Shown: positions 13,943-26,957, counted from the first letter of the stretch. The stretch: 64,000 bases of DNA from Octopus bimaculoides (GCF_001194135.2 NC_068993.1:63179647-63243646), one strand, 5' to 3'. Numbers and translations are program-made. The notes: a model not told the origin generated them from the sequence alone.

Positions 13943-14204
13943 AAATATATTTAATGGCACACCTGTTATTATAGACACATACATCAATACACACATGCGC
14001 ACACACACATGCCATACTTACACATGTATCTTTGTGTGTATCTGTACATGTTTGTATACACACACACACACACACACACACACCAGAACCACACTAATAG
14101 CTTAGGAGTGAAATTTAGGATTTCTTGGTTTTCTGTGAATTGATTTCCATAAAACTTTTCCCAGTTGGTTTGCACGCTATGGCAACACCATTGTTATGTT
14201 TTCA

Positions 14205-14480
14205 TTATTGCAGTAGGTAGCTGTGGTCACTTTAACCCCTTCATGCATCCAGATTGCGCCAACAAGTCTGTCCCCAATGATACCAGCCCACAATATGACT
14301 CCTCCACCCTGTTGTCATAAACGTTAGTGATGTTCATCTCCAAAATAGACCCAACCATTTGCCCAACCGTCAGGTCTATCAAGGGTTGCCTGGTTTTGTC
14401 ACTGAACAGAACACAACTTGTGTCTAATATCATGTACATTTGGGCCCATTGAAGCCTCAAACCCCTGTGACAAGGCATTA
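14205..14480 (-). mobile_element. Tc1-like transposase catalytic-domain remnant
   Basis: Reverse strand reads VLFSDKT/ (frameshift) TLDRPDGWANGWVYFGDEHH*RL*QQGGGVILWAGIIGDRLVGAIWMHEGVKVTTATYC, matching Tc1-family FSDE..LDGPDG..RQQGGGGVM.WAGI. Confidence 0.8.
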
Positions 14481-14544
14481 AAGGAGGCAAGGTTGGTTTT
14501 TGCCTTCCGCTCTTGATTGTTGGGGGTCAATGTAATCAATGTAA

Positions 14545-14640
14545 TCTACTGAGTGAGACAGACCAATATCAATGACCTTTTTTGACCTTACCAAAGCATC
14601 AGTAAGAGTCTGTGGAACCTTATGAACCAGACTGAAATTC
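14545..14640 (+). mobile_element. Short RTE reverse transcriptase fragment
   Basis: atgaccttttttgaccttaccaaagca = MTFFDLTKA, followed by a ..SLWNLM-like stretch. Confidence 0.55.
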
Positions 14641-14719
14641 GGTTTGGTCAGTCAGTTACTGTTCATGAGATGCATCAGTTGAATAAGATTCAAAACAGTA
14701 TTTTTTTTATATTTGACAA

Positions 14720-15110
14720 AAGCAAGATGCTTCCCCTGTAGTTTCCACAATTTAATTTGTTTCTTTTTATTGAAAATGGTAATAACAGTTGTATATGTGA
14801 GGTCAGCCAGAAACGAGAGCTGTGCACAGAGCTGAGATAGCGTACGAAACAGTTATTAGTGCTACATTGTTGGATTTATGTATTTCTTCCTCAAAATTCT
14901 GTCGTATCCACATATTTTTGTTGCTTTTCAAGGAATGGACTGTTTTGTTTGGTGACTGCTGTGTCGGGCTGTATAGCTGAAGCCTTTATATGTTGTTGTC
15001 CAGATATCTTTCTTTAACTGCACTGGACATGTTCTTTCTATCAGTTTTTGATATCTGCTTGTCCTTTTAAAAGTTTTGTAATGCCTTTGGTTCTGAGGGT
15101 GTTGGACATG
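14720..15110 (-). mobile_element. Decayed RTE LINE ORF2 fragment (region just upstream of RT)
   Basis: Reverse strand ends ...ctgacctcacatatacaactgttattaccattttcaataaaaagaaacaaattaaattgtggaaactacaggggaagcatc, resembling the RTE motif DATI.TI.KKK...CGNYRGISL. Confidence 0.6.
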
Positions 15111-15480
15111 GACTCTAATTATAGATTCTTTGAGTCACTCTGAAGAAATCTTTTATGTTATGTGTGTCAGCTAATTTCTCTATTTCAAATGCTATGGCTT
15201 GACATTAACGTATGTATATATGTGCATGTGTGTAGCTATATATATATATATGTGTGTGAATATGAATGTATGTCTATGTATGTATGAATATGCATACAGA
15301 CACACATGCAAACTCATACAACAGCAGAGGGAAAATCATGTTTCTTTCATGCTTTTATTTAGCAAAGACATGTTGCAAGCCTGCTGCCAATATGTTGGCA
15401 TATCATTCATCTAATTCCAGTTTTATTTCTCTGCTAGTAGATTCTGTGGATAGTCAGTACAGTAGTTCCAACATCTCACA

Positions 15481-15528
<48 letters not shown>

Positions 15529-15737
15529 CACACGCATTAGAATTAACTTGTATTCACGTAACTGCTGAGTAAGCATTCATTTAAAATCAAATTATGAGAC
15601 ACAGTAAAATGGAATATACTGAATAGGTATTCCCCAGATACCATTTTATCTTCCAGTTCATTGCCTTGCTGCCCTGTGTTCAATATCTACCTTGTCTAGA
15701 GTTTTTTTCCTTTTCACCTCTTCTGGTGTAATATTTA

Positions 15738-17129
15738 TTGTGTTGTCTATTGCTCAAGGGATGAGGTGGGTGGAGTTGATAGAATTAACCCCCAGTACAC
15801 CACAAGTACTTATACAAAACAGCAAAGAAATCTTTATGTGATCATACAACCTACAAGAATCAGTACACAGTTGTGATATTTATTTCTTTCATATCACAAA
15901 TAGTGAACAATAAACTTGTTCGTTAAAGATTTCCCATGCACCAGTCGTTGGTTCGGTATGTTTCTCACAATGCAAGAGTGGAATGAAGATGTCTGTGTTT
16001 TTTCATTTCTTGCCAATGTTTATAACATTCACAAATACACATCAGGGAAAGAGAGAGAGAGAGGGAGACACATGCACGCGCACGCACGCACACATTACCC
16101 TTCTCTTATAGTCTCAGGTTGACAAATGCACTGTGATTGAAATTGGTTAACAGTAACTGAAAAGAATTTCATCATTTACACACGTGTCTGGGACTCTCCT
16201 CGTTTGCATCACTTGGACATAAGTGATGTTGTTGACTTCCCTGCATTAACAATGTGGAATAAGAGGAGCTTAATTGATCAGAAGCTAGAGTTGGTGTCAA
16301 GGAGTGAATTCTCTTGTAACCCATGCCACCATGGGAAAATGGACATAAAAATAGAATAAAACGATGTGTGTTTGTTTTGGGCTTCCACATAGTCTCCATC
16401 TACCAAATTCTACCAATAAGGTATTGGGGAATCTAAGGCTATAGTAAATATTACTTTCCTGAGATGTTATACACTGGAAATCAACCTGGAACCACATGGT
16501 TCCATCTCAACTGTTGAGGAACTAGCAGAGAAGCTTGGATTTGGTCATTCAACCAGTCATTTAAGTCAGTGCTAGAAGGAAAATGACTATCTTTGGTTTC
16601 AAGACAAAAGGTGTTCTTTCATCAGGATAATGTTCGGCCACATTCAGTGAGGATGACATTCCAAAGGCTGGAGCAGTTTTACTGGGAAACGATGTCCCAT
16701 CCACCATGTTCACCGGATTATTAATTATTCTGCAGTCTTCAAAATCATTTGGATGGAAAAAATATGAATTCTGTAGATGAGGTCAGAACAGCACTGGAGG
16801 AGTATTTTTTGTCACGGACAAGTAAATTTTGGAAGAGGGGCCTTGCAAGTTTACCAGATAGATGGAAGAGCATTGTAGAAAATGAAGGAGAGTAATTTTA
16901 GATTAAAACAGAACTTTGTTTATCTTAATTTTGCAAAATAAAAGTATAAAAAACCGCATTATTTATGGGATGACCCAATTCACCAAAAAATATATTTGTG
17001 TACTGATTCTTGCAGGTTGTATGATCACATAAAGTTTTCCTTGTTGTTTTGTATAGATACTCGTGGTCTGCTGGGGGTTAATTCTATCAACTCCACCCAC
17101 CTCCTTCCTTGAACAATAGACAACACAAT
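15738..17129. repeat. About 132-bp inverted repeat pair (15738-15869 and 16997-17129)
   Basis: attgtgttgtctattgctcaagggatgaggtgggtggagttgatagaattaacccccag...tgtgatcatacaacctacaagaatcagtacaca is the reverse complement of 16997-17129 at roughly 85% identity by eye. Confidence 0.9.
16500..16980 (+). mobile_element. Mariner (DD34D) transposon, internally deleted copy with right TIR; same family as 29925-30615
   Basis: Starts with TVEELAEKLGFGHST (near-identical to the 30.36 kb copy) and jumps to RQKVFFHQDNVRPHS...HPPCSPD..LFCSLQNHLDGK...LPDRWKSIVENEGE*. Ends aaaaaccgcattatttatgggatgacccaa, the reverse complement of the TIR at 29927. Confidence 0.9.
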
Positions 17130-19976
17130 GTCTCAATAATAATCAATAGTCTTTTCCATGTGAAGTGTTCTTGTTCATCTCAAGCATCTCTTGTTTACTG
17201 TTACTTTCTTTTGCTTGGTTATATTTCTCTGCTTAATTCTTAGAAGACTGACTTTTCCATTCATGGAGCTAATCAGGAAATGGATGGAAAAAATTGAAAG
17301 GTCAGCAATCAGTTTAGACAATTGTCTTCTTTTATTATATTTTTTTTAAAAATCAAAATAGCAGAAATATTTTTAAATAGCTATCTTGAAATAGCAAAAT
17401 GTTGAACAGTTTTAAGATATTTTAGGAAATTCCATGTTTATATATTTAAACACTTATACACATCCTTGTGTATGTGTGTAGACAAATGACGCTAACAGAG
17501 TAGGGGGCCATGTACTCTAAAATAGCTAATAGAGTAGCGTTATGTACTCTAAAAAAATACATGTGTTGGTTAAGAAGTTCATTCTCTAAACCATATTGTC
17601 CCTGGTTCAATAACACTGTATGGTACATTGGGCAAGTATTTTTTTTTTTTTTTACCTTAGGTTTGGGTTGACTAATGCTTTGTGATAAGAATTTGAAGGC
17701 AGAAACTGTGCTGAAGCCTCAGTGTGTGTGTATGCATTTTCATTTGCTTCCAGTTGCATTTCTTTGTATCAAAAGGTAAATTAGCCATTCTATAAATAGA
17801 TCAATATAATATCAGATTTAGAAAAGTATGGGGTCGATACGATTGATTAAAATCTCCTGAAGGCAGGCCCCTAATGTGGTTGCATCTAACTGACTGAAAC
17901 CAATGAAAGAATATACCTAATATCTGATATTTTGTGTTTTAAAATATACACCCACTGACAGCCAATTGTATACCAATAAGTTTATATTATATAAGCATAA
18001 ATTTTAGATCTGGATTATGACATCAAGCTGCATGGGGATAAGGCCTACATTTTTTAGATGCTTTTCAATCTGTGAGTTGGTATTGAACTCCAGCTATCCA
18101 TAACCAGCCATTGTATAGACGATGGTATTCTAGGTTGTCTGCTAGTGATATCTATTTCCACTTTCTATACGATTCCCTCTGTGAAACTGCAAAAAGATCA
18201 ATAAGTTCGGCTTTGGTTGATGCAAACTTTCAACTTTGTGTCTAATTGATTGCTTTGATTTTTTTTTTCTCCGATTTTTTTGGAGAAGATGTCAGCAAGT
18301 GGGGGTGGGGCAGATGTTGAGGTGGAGCATATTGATTCTATTTCATTTGAATAAATGTCTGATTTGAATGCTTCATTGAAATTTGCTTACACCTGAAATA
18401 CTGAAATGCACAACTTTTCAACAAAGTCAACCAATGATGACTACACAAACCATTATGTCATCTGAAATGTCAAAGTGTTTTGGTGAAGAATAAATATTCC
18501 ATGTATAATATGTCTACATTTAAAGAGACAAACCTCCTGCATCTTCTGCCACTCATGGGGGTGCTACGAGTGATAGAACAGGGGTGGTGTTGTTATAGCT
18601 GTATATGTAGATTGCATGTGGACCAGAATTAGGTTTCAACTAGAATGCTGCTCATTCACAGTGGATGGAACAATCAAGACATGTGGACCCTAAGTTGTAC
18701 ATAGGTAACCTGTGTAGTGGAGCAGCAATGCTGAATATAACTTGACACAGTATTTTTGCTATGCTTTGTCGTTTTGTTGCAAACAATATCTCTAGTGTCA
18801 GTGGCATTCTTTCCTTCTTTCTTTCCTTTCCTTCCTTCTTTCCTTCTTCCTTTCCTTTCCTTCTTTCTTTCCTTCCTTCCTTTCTTTTCCATCGTTCCTT
18901 TCTTTCCTTCTTTCTTTCTCTCTCTCTTTCTTTCTTTCTTTCTCCCCCCCTCCCTCTCAAGCTCCTGCCTTTCCACTCCTAATTCCTCTTCATGCCCTCT
19001 CTCTTGTCTTCTGACTTCCTCCTTCATACAAAGCAGTTCCCTACTTGACCTTCCTTCCCCAGATAACAGACCCTTCTCTCTTATCTCTCTTGCCTATGTT
19101 TTCTTCTAACCTAATATTATGTCAAATATTATGAGACTGTTTGACCTGCTAGAAACAACATCCAAATCTTTTACAAATCTCACACACACACACTATTACT
19201 TTGAATAAAGAAGGGACACAATAGGTAATGCAGGCCTAGTTATCCCTAAAATGACAGGTGTGTCATGATTGGAATGTCTTTGATTATTGGCTTACTCATT
19301 CAGGGCCAACCAGGAGTTAAAGATTATCATTCAAGCCAATCTTTTTTTTTTATTTTTGTCAGTCAGTGTGTCTAGGATTACATTGTCGCATGTACGCGTG
19401 TATGTTCCCCCTTTTTAGATCACAGGGTATGGTTTAAAGGCAATTTTGCTGCTATTTTTAGCAGATTGAGTGACAGTACAGAGGCTTCTGAATTCTCTCA
19501 GACATGTTGCTGTTGTTTAACTCAAGCTCAACCCTGTTCCAACACATCAGATCAGATATTGTGTTTAGGTCTACATTTTCTAATGTGCCTTATTAAGATA
19601 GTAAGGTGTAATTTGAAGAAGGTTTGGCTATTATTTCTGGCAGAATGAGCAGCCATATAGAAGCTCTTTCATTGGCCTCTGGACCAAATTCATTTGTTTC
19701 CTTTTCCACAAAATTATGTTTGAAATTGGGTTAATTATCACTTTCACCATCTTGGTTTCATTTTCTGCAGCGGTAAAGATGCCAAAATTAAGATTTTAAC
19801 ATTTCCTCATAATATTGGCCAATATATTTATTTATGATCAATGTTTTATGCGTGATCGGTTCTCTCATTCTGGTGTCTGCTGTCAGTGTTGCCTGGTTAA
19901 AATATGAAATTTCCCTATGATTTGTTGTTATTCCTATGACCTCTACATTTCTAAGTGAAATGTATGTCTGTCTGTT

Positions 19977-20014
<38 letters not shown>

Positions 20015-20250
20015 TGTGTATATTTGCATATATGCATGTTTGTGTATATGTGTGTGTTATGTATAATTTTCTGTTTGTCTCTATCTTTTTCTTTTCTTAG
20101 TTTGACCACCAATTGATATGTTGGCTCTTTTGCGGTATAGTTTTTTTTTATCATAACAACAGCAATAATTATAATAGTAATAATAGTAACAATAATAAAT
20201 TATATATGTATAAAGCATAATTATGATAATTATAGCAATAATTAATTGTC

Positions 20251-20302
<52 letters not shown>

Positions 20303-20787
20303 CTTTGTTTTTATAACCTGATTATTATTGTTCACCATAATCATCATTCTTTGTTTTCTGTGCTGGTCCAAGTCAGTTCATATTTGGAGTAACTGCTGCT
20401 ATATGTGTACATACATGCATACATGTGTATTGTAATAGTAGTAGTAGTAGTGGTGGTGGTGGTGGTGGTCTCTCTGTCTCTTGAGTTTGTTTCATGAGTG
20501 TATAACTCTCAGTATAGGTTTGTTTATGTATTTGGGTCTTTCATATCAACATCGTCATCATCATCGTCATCACCATCATTCTCTATTATTATTTTTATCA
20601 TATAAATTCAAATTTACAGTCATTATTTTCTTATCTGATCATTTTGGTTATTTTTGTATTTTATCTTACCTAAAAAATTTTTATCAGATATTATTGAATT
20701 TTTATAGTTCTTCTTCAAAATTGTCCTTTTTTTTTCATTTTCTACAAATATTATTTTACATTCATATATCATTATTTCTTTCAATAT

Positions 20788-20965
20788 GGCAGCGAGCTGA
20801 CAGAGTGGTTAGCACGCCGGGCAGTATTTCGTCTGTCTTTACGTTCTGAGTTCAAATTCCGCCGAGTTTGACTTCGCCTTTCATCCTTTCGAGGTCGATA
20901 AATTAAGTACCAGTTGCATACTGAGGTTGATCTAATCGACTGGCCCCCTCCCCCAAAATTTCAGG
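20788..20965 (+). mobile_element. tRNA-derived SINE, family A (well-preserved copy)
   Basis: ggcagcgagctgacagagtggttagcacgccggg (A-box-like) ... gagttcaaattcc (B-box-like) ... aagtaccagtt ... tcgactggccccctcccccaaaatttcaggcc. Other copies at about 5370, 11172, 11388, 13315(-), 25095, 27840(-), 39055, 42735(-), 42990(-), 53905, 54125. Confidence 0.85.
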
Positions 20966-21840
20966 CCTTTTATTTGCCCACTTTGGAAACCTGTTTTATC
21001 CAATGCTCTGTCATGATTTTAATGTCCACTTTTCCATGCTTGCGTGGGTCAGACGGAGAGATTTTGGAGACAGATTTTCTCTGGCAGGATGTTCTTCCTG
21101 TCACCAGACATGTTTCCAAGCAAGGTAATATTTCCCCATGGCCAAACAGGTTTCCACTGAAAGAACAAAAGATGAAGTTTATCTTGGTGGGATTTGAACT
21201 CAAAACACCAAGAGCTGCCACAACACTTTAGAATTTTTAATTTCCTAATCTTCATGATATTTTTAAAGTAACAGACTGGAACAGAACCGTTTCTCATTTT
21301 ATTTTATTTTATTCATTTATATATATATTTTTTTTTTTATACATTCTCTTGGAAATGCTATCATGCTCTGTCTGCCTTTTTCTATCAATTGTGGATTTTT
21401 AAAAAAATTATCAGCTTTTTTTTTCTTGATTATTGTTATTATTTAGTCTAATTCAGTTTCTCAATTATTTAGTAACAAGATGATCAGAAGACTTGATAAC
21501 TTTCAGCATAAATGTAGGCCAATTTCTATTTGTGGTGGTGGCAGTGGTGGCAAAGGTGGTGTGGTGTATTTTACTTTGATGGTGGTGGTGCTGCTGCTGC
21601 TTGATGTTGCTGTTGCTTCTTCTTCAGAATTGTAACTCAACCATACTTTCTTCTCATCACACCTGAAGCTATTACCATTAACTCCCCCCTCTCTCTCTCT
21701 CTCTCCCTCTCTCTCTGATGACTAAATTATGTGCATACATGCATACCTGTCTACCTCTTATGTGTCTCTATTTCATGTAGCTTTCCACTCTCCTCAGTCA
21801 CAATATATTTACATATACACACATACACACACACACACCA

Positions 21841-22370
21841 TGACTGCTGAGGACATGTGTAAGCTTGCAAGGAATGAAGCCAGTATGCTCCACTGGATGT
21901 GTAATGTCAGTGTGCATACTCGACAGAGTGTAAGCGCCTTGAGAGAAAAGTTGGACCTAAGAAGCATCAGATGTGGTGTGCAAGAGAGACGACTGCACTG
22001 GTATGGTCATGTGGTGAGAATGGATGAGGACAGCTGTGTGAAAAAGTGTCACACCCTAGCAGATAAGGGAACCTGTGAAAGAGGTAGACCCAGGAAGACC
22101 TGGGATGAGGTGATGAAGCACAACCTTTGAACATTGGGCCTTACAGAATCAATGACAAGTGACCGAGACGTTTGAAGATATGCTGTGCTTGAGAAGACCC
22201 GGCAAGCCAAATGAGACCATAACTGTGGAGAAGACTCAGCAAGCCAAGTGAGACCATTACCGTAGCCTATGCCAGTGCAGCATAACCAGCCCATTTAAGA
22301 GTACCCTTCAATCATTGGGCAATAAACTATGCTTGTGAAGACCTGTTGAGTCAAGTGAAGTCAATATTGT
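21841..22370 (+). mobile_element. RTE-clade LINE, 5'-truncated 3' end (ORF2 C-terminus and 3' UTR)
   Basis: TAEDMCKLARNEASMLHWMCNVSVHTRQSVSALREKLDLRSIRCGVQERRLHWYGHVVRMDEDSCVKKCHTL...RGRPRKTWDEV, containing the RTE RRLRW.GHV.RM and RGRPRKTW motifs. Confidence 0.9.
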
Positions 22371-22972
22371 AGCCAATGCCAGTATGTGTGTGTGTGTATA
22401 CCTTTGTGTTTGTCACTGATCACCACTTGAGAACTGGTATTAATTTGTTTATGTCCCCATAACTTAGCAGTTCAACAAAAGACACCAATAGAGTAAGTAC
22501 CAGGCTTAAAAAATGAGTACTGGGTTGATTTATTCAAGTAGATACCTTCAAGGTGGTGCCTGCCCCAGCACGGACACAGTCCTACAACTAAAACGTGTAT
22601 GTGTGTATGCATGTCGAGTTGTGTGTTCAGGAAGTAATATCTCTTTACTCCTCTTTTCTTCTTTCCCTCTTCTCTCTTTTCCCCTTTCCCTCCTCTCCCC
22701 ATCTCTCTCTCTCTAACCCCCTCCCCCACTATCACCACCAGCCTGTCTAATCAATAATCCATCTATTAACAAAGTAATGTCTCAGCTTGATTTACTTCAG
22801 TCAATAGAACAAACTCTATTTAATAATATTTAATAGATTATTTAATTAAAATACATTGCATTACTGTTGTCAATCCGTTTTAGGGAATTAGTAACAGGGG
22901 CCACTAGACTAAGGGTTTTATTTTCACCATTCATTACCCCAAAGTAGTTCTTCATTTTGATCTTCACTCAAT

Positions 22973-23058
<86 letters not shown>

Positions 23059-23697
23059 CACACACACACGCACACACATATTCATACACATCCATGTGTG
23101 TTGGGATAGTTGCACATGTGTGTGTGTGCATCATCATCATCATCATCAGTCTATTTTCCATGCTGGCATGAATTGGACAGCTTAACAGATGCTAGCAAGC
23201 TAGGGAGCTGCGCCAGGCCCCAGTTGTCTGTTCTGGCAAGGTTTCTACAACAGGATGCCCCTCCTAACACCCAACCACCAGCAGTGCTATATACATGGCA
23301 CCAGCGCTGGTGTTTTGTACGCGATGCCAGCGCTGATGCTTTCTATGCGGCACCCAGAAAATATTCCCATCCTCTTTGGTGAGGGACTGAAGCCTCAAAC
23401 ACAACCACTGCCCCTTGCTACACATTGCAGTCCTGAATGTCACCATTCCATCTTTGTCAGATGAAATTCTTACTCTGTATTTCATCTCCTCTATTCTAAA
23501 TTTTATCAAATTGTACAACCCATGCCAGCAGGAAAATGGATTTACAGAATCGACTGGTGATAGACTTCCAACTTCAGGCCTTGCCTTAGGATTTTCTGGA
23601 GTTCTCTACCAATCTAAAGACATTTTGTTAGCCTGGTGTTTTTGTATTAACAGAGAGCCTGAGAAGTATTTTGCCAAGATTGATAATTCCTTATTGA

Positions 23698-23748
<51 letters not shown>

Positions 23749-23821
23749 ACATCCATCCATACATACATACACACATACATACATACGTCCATCCATCCAT
23801 CCATACACACACGCACATACA

Positions 23822-23852
<31 letters not shown>

Positions 23853-23914
23853 TAGACGTATGTAAATATATGATCATTCATCTGTTATGTTGTGTCAGGT
23901 TATTAATTGTCAAC

Positions 23915-24310
23915 TCTCCGGTTAACCGTTTCCAACACCATCTCATCCCCCCTCCACACACACACACACACACACACACACTTCCACACCGTATCATGTA
24001 TCAAGCCATCTGTCTTATCGTTCGACAGTTTTCGTTTTCGAGGGTCGACTACCTGTTGAGAACACTTTTCTTGTTCATACGTAACGGCGAGGTTTCTATA
24101 TAAAATGTGTGTGCGTGTGCGTGTATACATTCACACACGCTCGTATATACACTCGCACACACATATGTATGCATATATGCTTACACGTATATGTTTTCCT
24201 TGCCTAAAGCTGTTAGACAATCTACTACGATAAAACAAAACCAAAGAGAAAGAGAAAAAAAAAGCAATATTGCCCGATATATTGGCTGTATTGAATGACG
24301 TAAATGAATT
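23915..24310. promoter_or_regulatory. CpG-rich unique segment, candidate (possibly bidirectional) promoter
   Basis: Dense CpG (tatcgttcgac, ttcgttttcgagggtcgact, tacgtaacggcgag) against a CpG-poor background. TATATAAAA near 24097, reverse CCAAT (attggc) near 24281 and TGACGTAA near 24296. Confidence 0.4.
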
Positions 24311-26631
24311 TTGGATTCTATTAATAATTTCTCTAGCTATTAACTCTCTATTTACTCTCTACTTACGCTCTATTAACTCTCTATTTAAACTCTACATTTC
24401 AGTCTTGACGTGTTGCCTTGTTTTTGTTTATTTCATTCTTTTCGCTTTCTTATCTCTTTTGTTTATTGTTTTTGTTTTTTAGTGCATGATATTTTTGCTT
24501 TCGTTTTTACCATTCTGTATAATGATGAAAAAAATGCAACCATGGTAAGAAACTCTATACAGTTGCTTGACATCCTAGAAATAGCAGCCTAATCTCTGCT
24601 ATTCACTGTCTACTGTCTCATAAAAGAAAGAAAGACTTAATCTAGTCCGATATAGACTGTACCTAATAATAAGATGCGATGGCCATTATAGGAATGCCTT
24701 TAATCCTTTCTCCTATCCAAATAATTTTCCTATGTTTGTCCTAGACGTCCGTGCTTGTGTTCATACTTTTAAGTCTTCCCTTGTCTCATATGAAAAGAAA
24801 TTTTTATATTACTCGGAGAATAAGTCCCAAAGTTAGTCCAGTGGTTGAAAAAAAACCAAGGGAATCTGTATCTTATGATGCATGGACATGGGGGAAATGT
24901 CCTGTGCGACACGTGTTAGACAGGACAGACAAAGGGTCAGTCATGGGTCTACATCTTTTTTATTTTGTATCCGAGTGGTATAGTTGTCTCTCCAATATGT
25001 CACTGGACAAATTTTGTGAAGAGTATAGGGCGGCAAGCTAGCAGAATCGTTTCGTTTTTTTTTTTTTATTTGTATTAAGTTTTCTTTGCGTTTGCTTGCT
25101 GGACCAAATGCATAGTGGCATTTCGTCTGTCTTTACACTCTTGAGTTCAAATCCTGCAGAAGTCGACTTGGGATCGAAAAATAAATACCAGTTGAGCACT
25201 GGGTTGATGTAAACGACCGAAATTGCTGGCCTTGTGCCAAAATTTGAAACCAATATGTTATCGACCCTGGAGATGAAAGACAGTTCTAACCTCCATTTGG
25301 ATTTTGAACACACAAATGTTAGGCACTGAGCTAGATCTCATAATGAATGCTAGTCAGGACCCTACCAGTTGTACCAAACATCCTCCATTTTATACTTAAG
25401 TAAATATTATCTATTTAAATTACCCCTACAAGTATTCTCTTGTGATTAGACTGTGCTAAGTTATCCTGTCTTATCACATTACTATTCAATCTACCTGCTA
25501 CCTACAAAATATCCTGTTTTTACTTCTTACTTGTAATCATTCCTTTACCTACAAAATTTCCTTCTTCCTACCTGTGATCATTCCTTCACTCATGATCTGT
25601 CAGTCAGCCTCCTACTCTCTTGTCTGCTTCCAAACCCCCTCATCTCCTCTACCCCCTACTCTTTTATTCTGTCACCAGTTCTTTCATCTGCCTAGAATTC
25701 CTTCTCCATTGTCTCTTAGGTCTCCCATGAGCCCTAGGACACTTCAAAGGACAGAGTTTAACTTGGTTTTCACGACATGAATAACTGACATTACAACACT
25801 TCCCACCTGGATGGGATGCCAGTCTGTTGCAAGGTTAACTTTGGAAATCATTTACAGCTGAGTTAACTGGAGCAACATAAAATGAACTGGCTCTCTGCTA
25901 GTTACAATGACGAAGATTCCAGTTGATCCGATCAACAGAACAGCCTGCTCATGAAATTAATGTGCAAGTGGCTGAACACTCCACAGGCATGCAGAGCCTT
26001 AACATTGTTCTCAGGAAGATCCAGTGTGACACAGAATGTGACAAGGCTGGCCCATTGTATTACAGGTACAACCCAAGTTTGCCAGCTGAGTGGACTGGAG
26101 CAACATGAAATAAAGTGTCTTGCTCAAGCATACAATGTACTGCTAGGAATTGAACTCTCGATCTTATAATCATAAGCCAAAACATGAAATGTTTTGCTCA
26201 AAACCACGATGCACCACTTGGTTCAGGAATTGAAACAGCGCTATAACAATTGTCAGTGCAACACCGTGTCATTAGGCCACACAGCTTCGTCCACTGTTCC
26301 TCAACTTCCCTACAATCCTTAATCTTCAAAACTATCCTTCTAGGAGTTCACTGATGCTATATCTTCACCACCAAATGCTGTGTTCCTTTCACACAGCTCC
26401 AAAGATCATGGATTTCTAAAGAACGCAAGTGAACAGCGTTGTTGGTAATGGCTTCTAAAGAAAGGCCCAGGCATCGGACTTTATTTCTCTTTCTTACTTT
26501 CAACAAAATTAATCTCTTGCCCTGTCTCTTGAAAACATTCTTAAATATATGTTTTGCTTTGTTTTTCAGAAATAAAAATAACTAACGAGTTAGTAATCCT
26601 TATTTTAAATTTTTCTTTCAAATTTCTTACA

Positions 26632-26665
<34 letters not shown>

Positions 26666-26957
26666 ATGTATTTACATATGTATGTGTGTATGTGTTTTTA
26701 TACGTACACACATACATGTGTGTGTGTGTGTAATCAGTTAAGCCTATTGTGCTAAACACTGTCTAGTGCACCTAACTGGCAAGAAGCATGCATGCAACTG
26801 CAATCAAAAACTAAGAAAATAAGAAACAAAAATCTGTAGCCATTAAATAATTACTGCACCTGAACAACTTGGTATTATTCTCATTATTGCACCTGAATGA
26901 CTTGCATCATTCCATATGAAGACGACTTTACAAGAGCTTTAAAAGAAGACAAAAATT

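Noticed and set aside
18430-18500. ATGATGA...CTGA box C/D snoRNA-like motif
   Set aside because: The boxes are only about 30 nt apart, with no terminal stem and no downstream D box.
19790-19960. Minus-strand open frame NVEVIGITTNHREISYFNQATL... after an acceptor-like cacttag
   Set aside because: No convincing donor before the stop and no family match; could not be linked reliably to other segments.
24483-24545. Exon-like segment HDIFAFVFTILYNDEKNATM|gtaaga as the missing PGAP2 N-terminal exon
   Set aside because: It lacks the conserved Cys before VTNF and a start codon in that frame, and the apparent donor coincides with the start of a family-E repeat.
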